A stretch of DNA of 32,000 bases, taken from the NCBI GenBank assembly GCA_007280335.1, contig QYQE01000045.1:12158-44157 (forward strand), read 5' to 3'. A model generated the notes under the pieces. It had not been told where the DNA came from. It made no database searches and saw only the letters and a list, made by a program, of their open reading frames with translations. The translations under genes and the position numbers were made by a program. Source of the stretch: Nitrosopumilales archaeon. Lineage in GTDB: Archaea > Thermoproteota > Nitrososphaeria > Nitrososphaerales > Nitrosopumilaceae. Shown piece by piece: positions 31,088 to 32,000 of the stretch (the first letter of the stretch is position 1; every line of letters starts with the position of its first letter).

Positions 31088-32000
31088 TTGAAGAAGGAAC
31101 ACCAACAGGTTTTCTGCGAACAATAATTTCTAAAGCTGAAGTCTACATCCCACAAGTTCCAAAACCAAAAAAGAAAATTCCATTACAAGTCCGTCTCATG
31201 TGGTGTGGACTGGCACTTTTCATCTACATGATAATGGGCCAAACACCGCTTTATGGTGCAACAGTTCCAGCATTTGACTTTCTTGCATTTGCAAGAGTAA
31301 TCTTTGCATCGCAACAAGGAACACTAATCGAACTTGGAATTGGTCCTATAGTTACTGCAGGACTTTTGATGCAGCTCTTAAAAGGCTCTGAAATCTTTCA
31401 CCTTGATTTCAAGAAACCAGAAGATAGAGAACTATATCAAACAGCAACAAAGATTGTAACATATATCGTAATCGTTGCCGAGTCATCACTATATGGAATG
31501 GCAGTCTATGGTCCAAGACTACCAAGTCACGAGGCGGGTTTCATTCTAGTAGGCCAGCTTATTGGCGCATCAATTATCATCATGCTTTTAGACGAATTAA
31601 TTCAAAAGGGATGGGGACTGGGAAGTGGAATCAGTATGTTCATTGCTGCAGGTGTAGCACAACAAGTAGTCTGGAGCTTGTTTAGTCCAATACCTGCAGG
31701 AGATGGTGGACCTGTAGGTGTATTTGTAAACATTGCACATTCATTTATCACTGGAAACTTTTCTAATCTGTTTTTCCGGTCTAACCAACTGCCTGGTATA
31801 TTCGGCCTCTTTGTTACTGCTGGAGTCATGCTAATTCTAGTTTATACACAGGGAATGAAAATCGAGATTCCAATCGTATCTACAAAATACAGAGGATTTT
31901 CTGCAGTTTACCCAATCAAATTGATGTATGTGTCTAACATTCCAGTAATTTTAGCATCAGCACTTACTGCTAATGCTGTGTTTATTGGTCAGATGCTTTG
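31084..32000 (+). CDS. secY: Preprotein translocase subunit SecY (5' partial, runs off the window)
   Basis: Not in the ORF track because there is no stop in the window. I read the frame from ATG 31084 (ATGA overlap with the rpl15 stop) to the window end and found no stop. Translation: MIEEGTPTGFLRTIISKAEVYIPQVPKPKKKIPLQVRLMWCGLALFIYMIMGQTPLYG...QQGTLIELGIGPIVTAGLLMQLL...LDELIQKGWGLGSGISMFIAAGV. These are canonical SecY motifs. Confidence 0.9.
   Translation, partial: MIEEGTPTGFLRTIISKAEVYIPQVPKPKKKIPLQVRLMWCGLALFIYMIMGQTPLYGATVPAFDFLAFARVIFASQQGTLIELGIGPIVTAGLLMQLLKGSEIFHLDFKKPEDRELYQTATKIVTYIVIVAESSLYGMAVYGPRLPSHEAGFILVGQLIGASIIIMLLDELIQKGWGLGSGISMFIAAGVAQQVVWSLFSPIPAGDGGPVGVFVNIAHSFITGNFSNLFFRSNQLPGIFGLFVTAGVMLILVYTQGMKIEIPIVSTKYRGFSAVYPIKLMYVSNIPVILASALTANAVFIGQML

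Noticed and set aside
1-32000. Search for tRNA, rRNA, IS/transposase, integrase, toxin-antitoxin, restriction-modification or other defence genes
   Set aside because: No non-coding gap exceeds 145 bp. No ORF has transposase, integrase or nuclease-type motifs. I saw no long inverted or direct repeats. The window reads as core genome, so I do not claim a defence or mobile system here.

Overview
AT-rich, very gene-dense archaeal chromosomal segment. About 35 protein genes fill more than 90% of the window, many overlapping by 4 nt, and most 5' gene ends look leaderless. Archaea-specific markers (ribosomal proteins P0/P1, L19e, L32e, Spt5, SecE, DtdA, prefoldin alpha, bipartite LplA/LplB) and the protein sequences suggest a Nitrosopumilus-like thaumarchaeon; that assignment is from recollection and was not searched. 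Content in order: leuS-alaS; an orphan gene; the stalk protein P1 gene; a 2-gene operon of a type III PKS/FabH-like condensing enzyme plus a luciferase-like oxidoreductase; a complete glycine-cleavage and lipoylation supercluster (gcvT-H-PA-PB-lplB-lplA-lpd, divergent from lipA); secE-spt5-L11 / Lrp / L1-P0; dtdA-ogt; an isolated L32e-L19e pair; pckA; a membrane-anchored S8 protease; SOD; pfdA-ftsY-argF; and L18-S5-L30-L15-secY, which runs off the right end. I found no rRNA, tRNA, CRISPR array, IS element, prophage or recognisable defence genes. The best candidate for an undescribed system is the condensing-enzyme/LLM operon at 6727-8772, which lies directly downstream of, and co-directional with, the lipoylation cluster. 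Other points of interest: FtsY carries a 183-aa C-terminal charged tail; P0 lacks the conserved stalk tail; the canonical r-protein clusters are broken; several ~55-bp divergent spacers hold a single central TATA-like box; and non-ATG start codons are frequent. All functional calls rest on motif recognition by eye, with no searches run.
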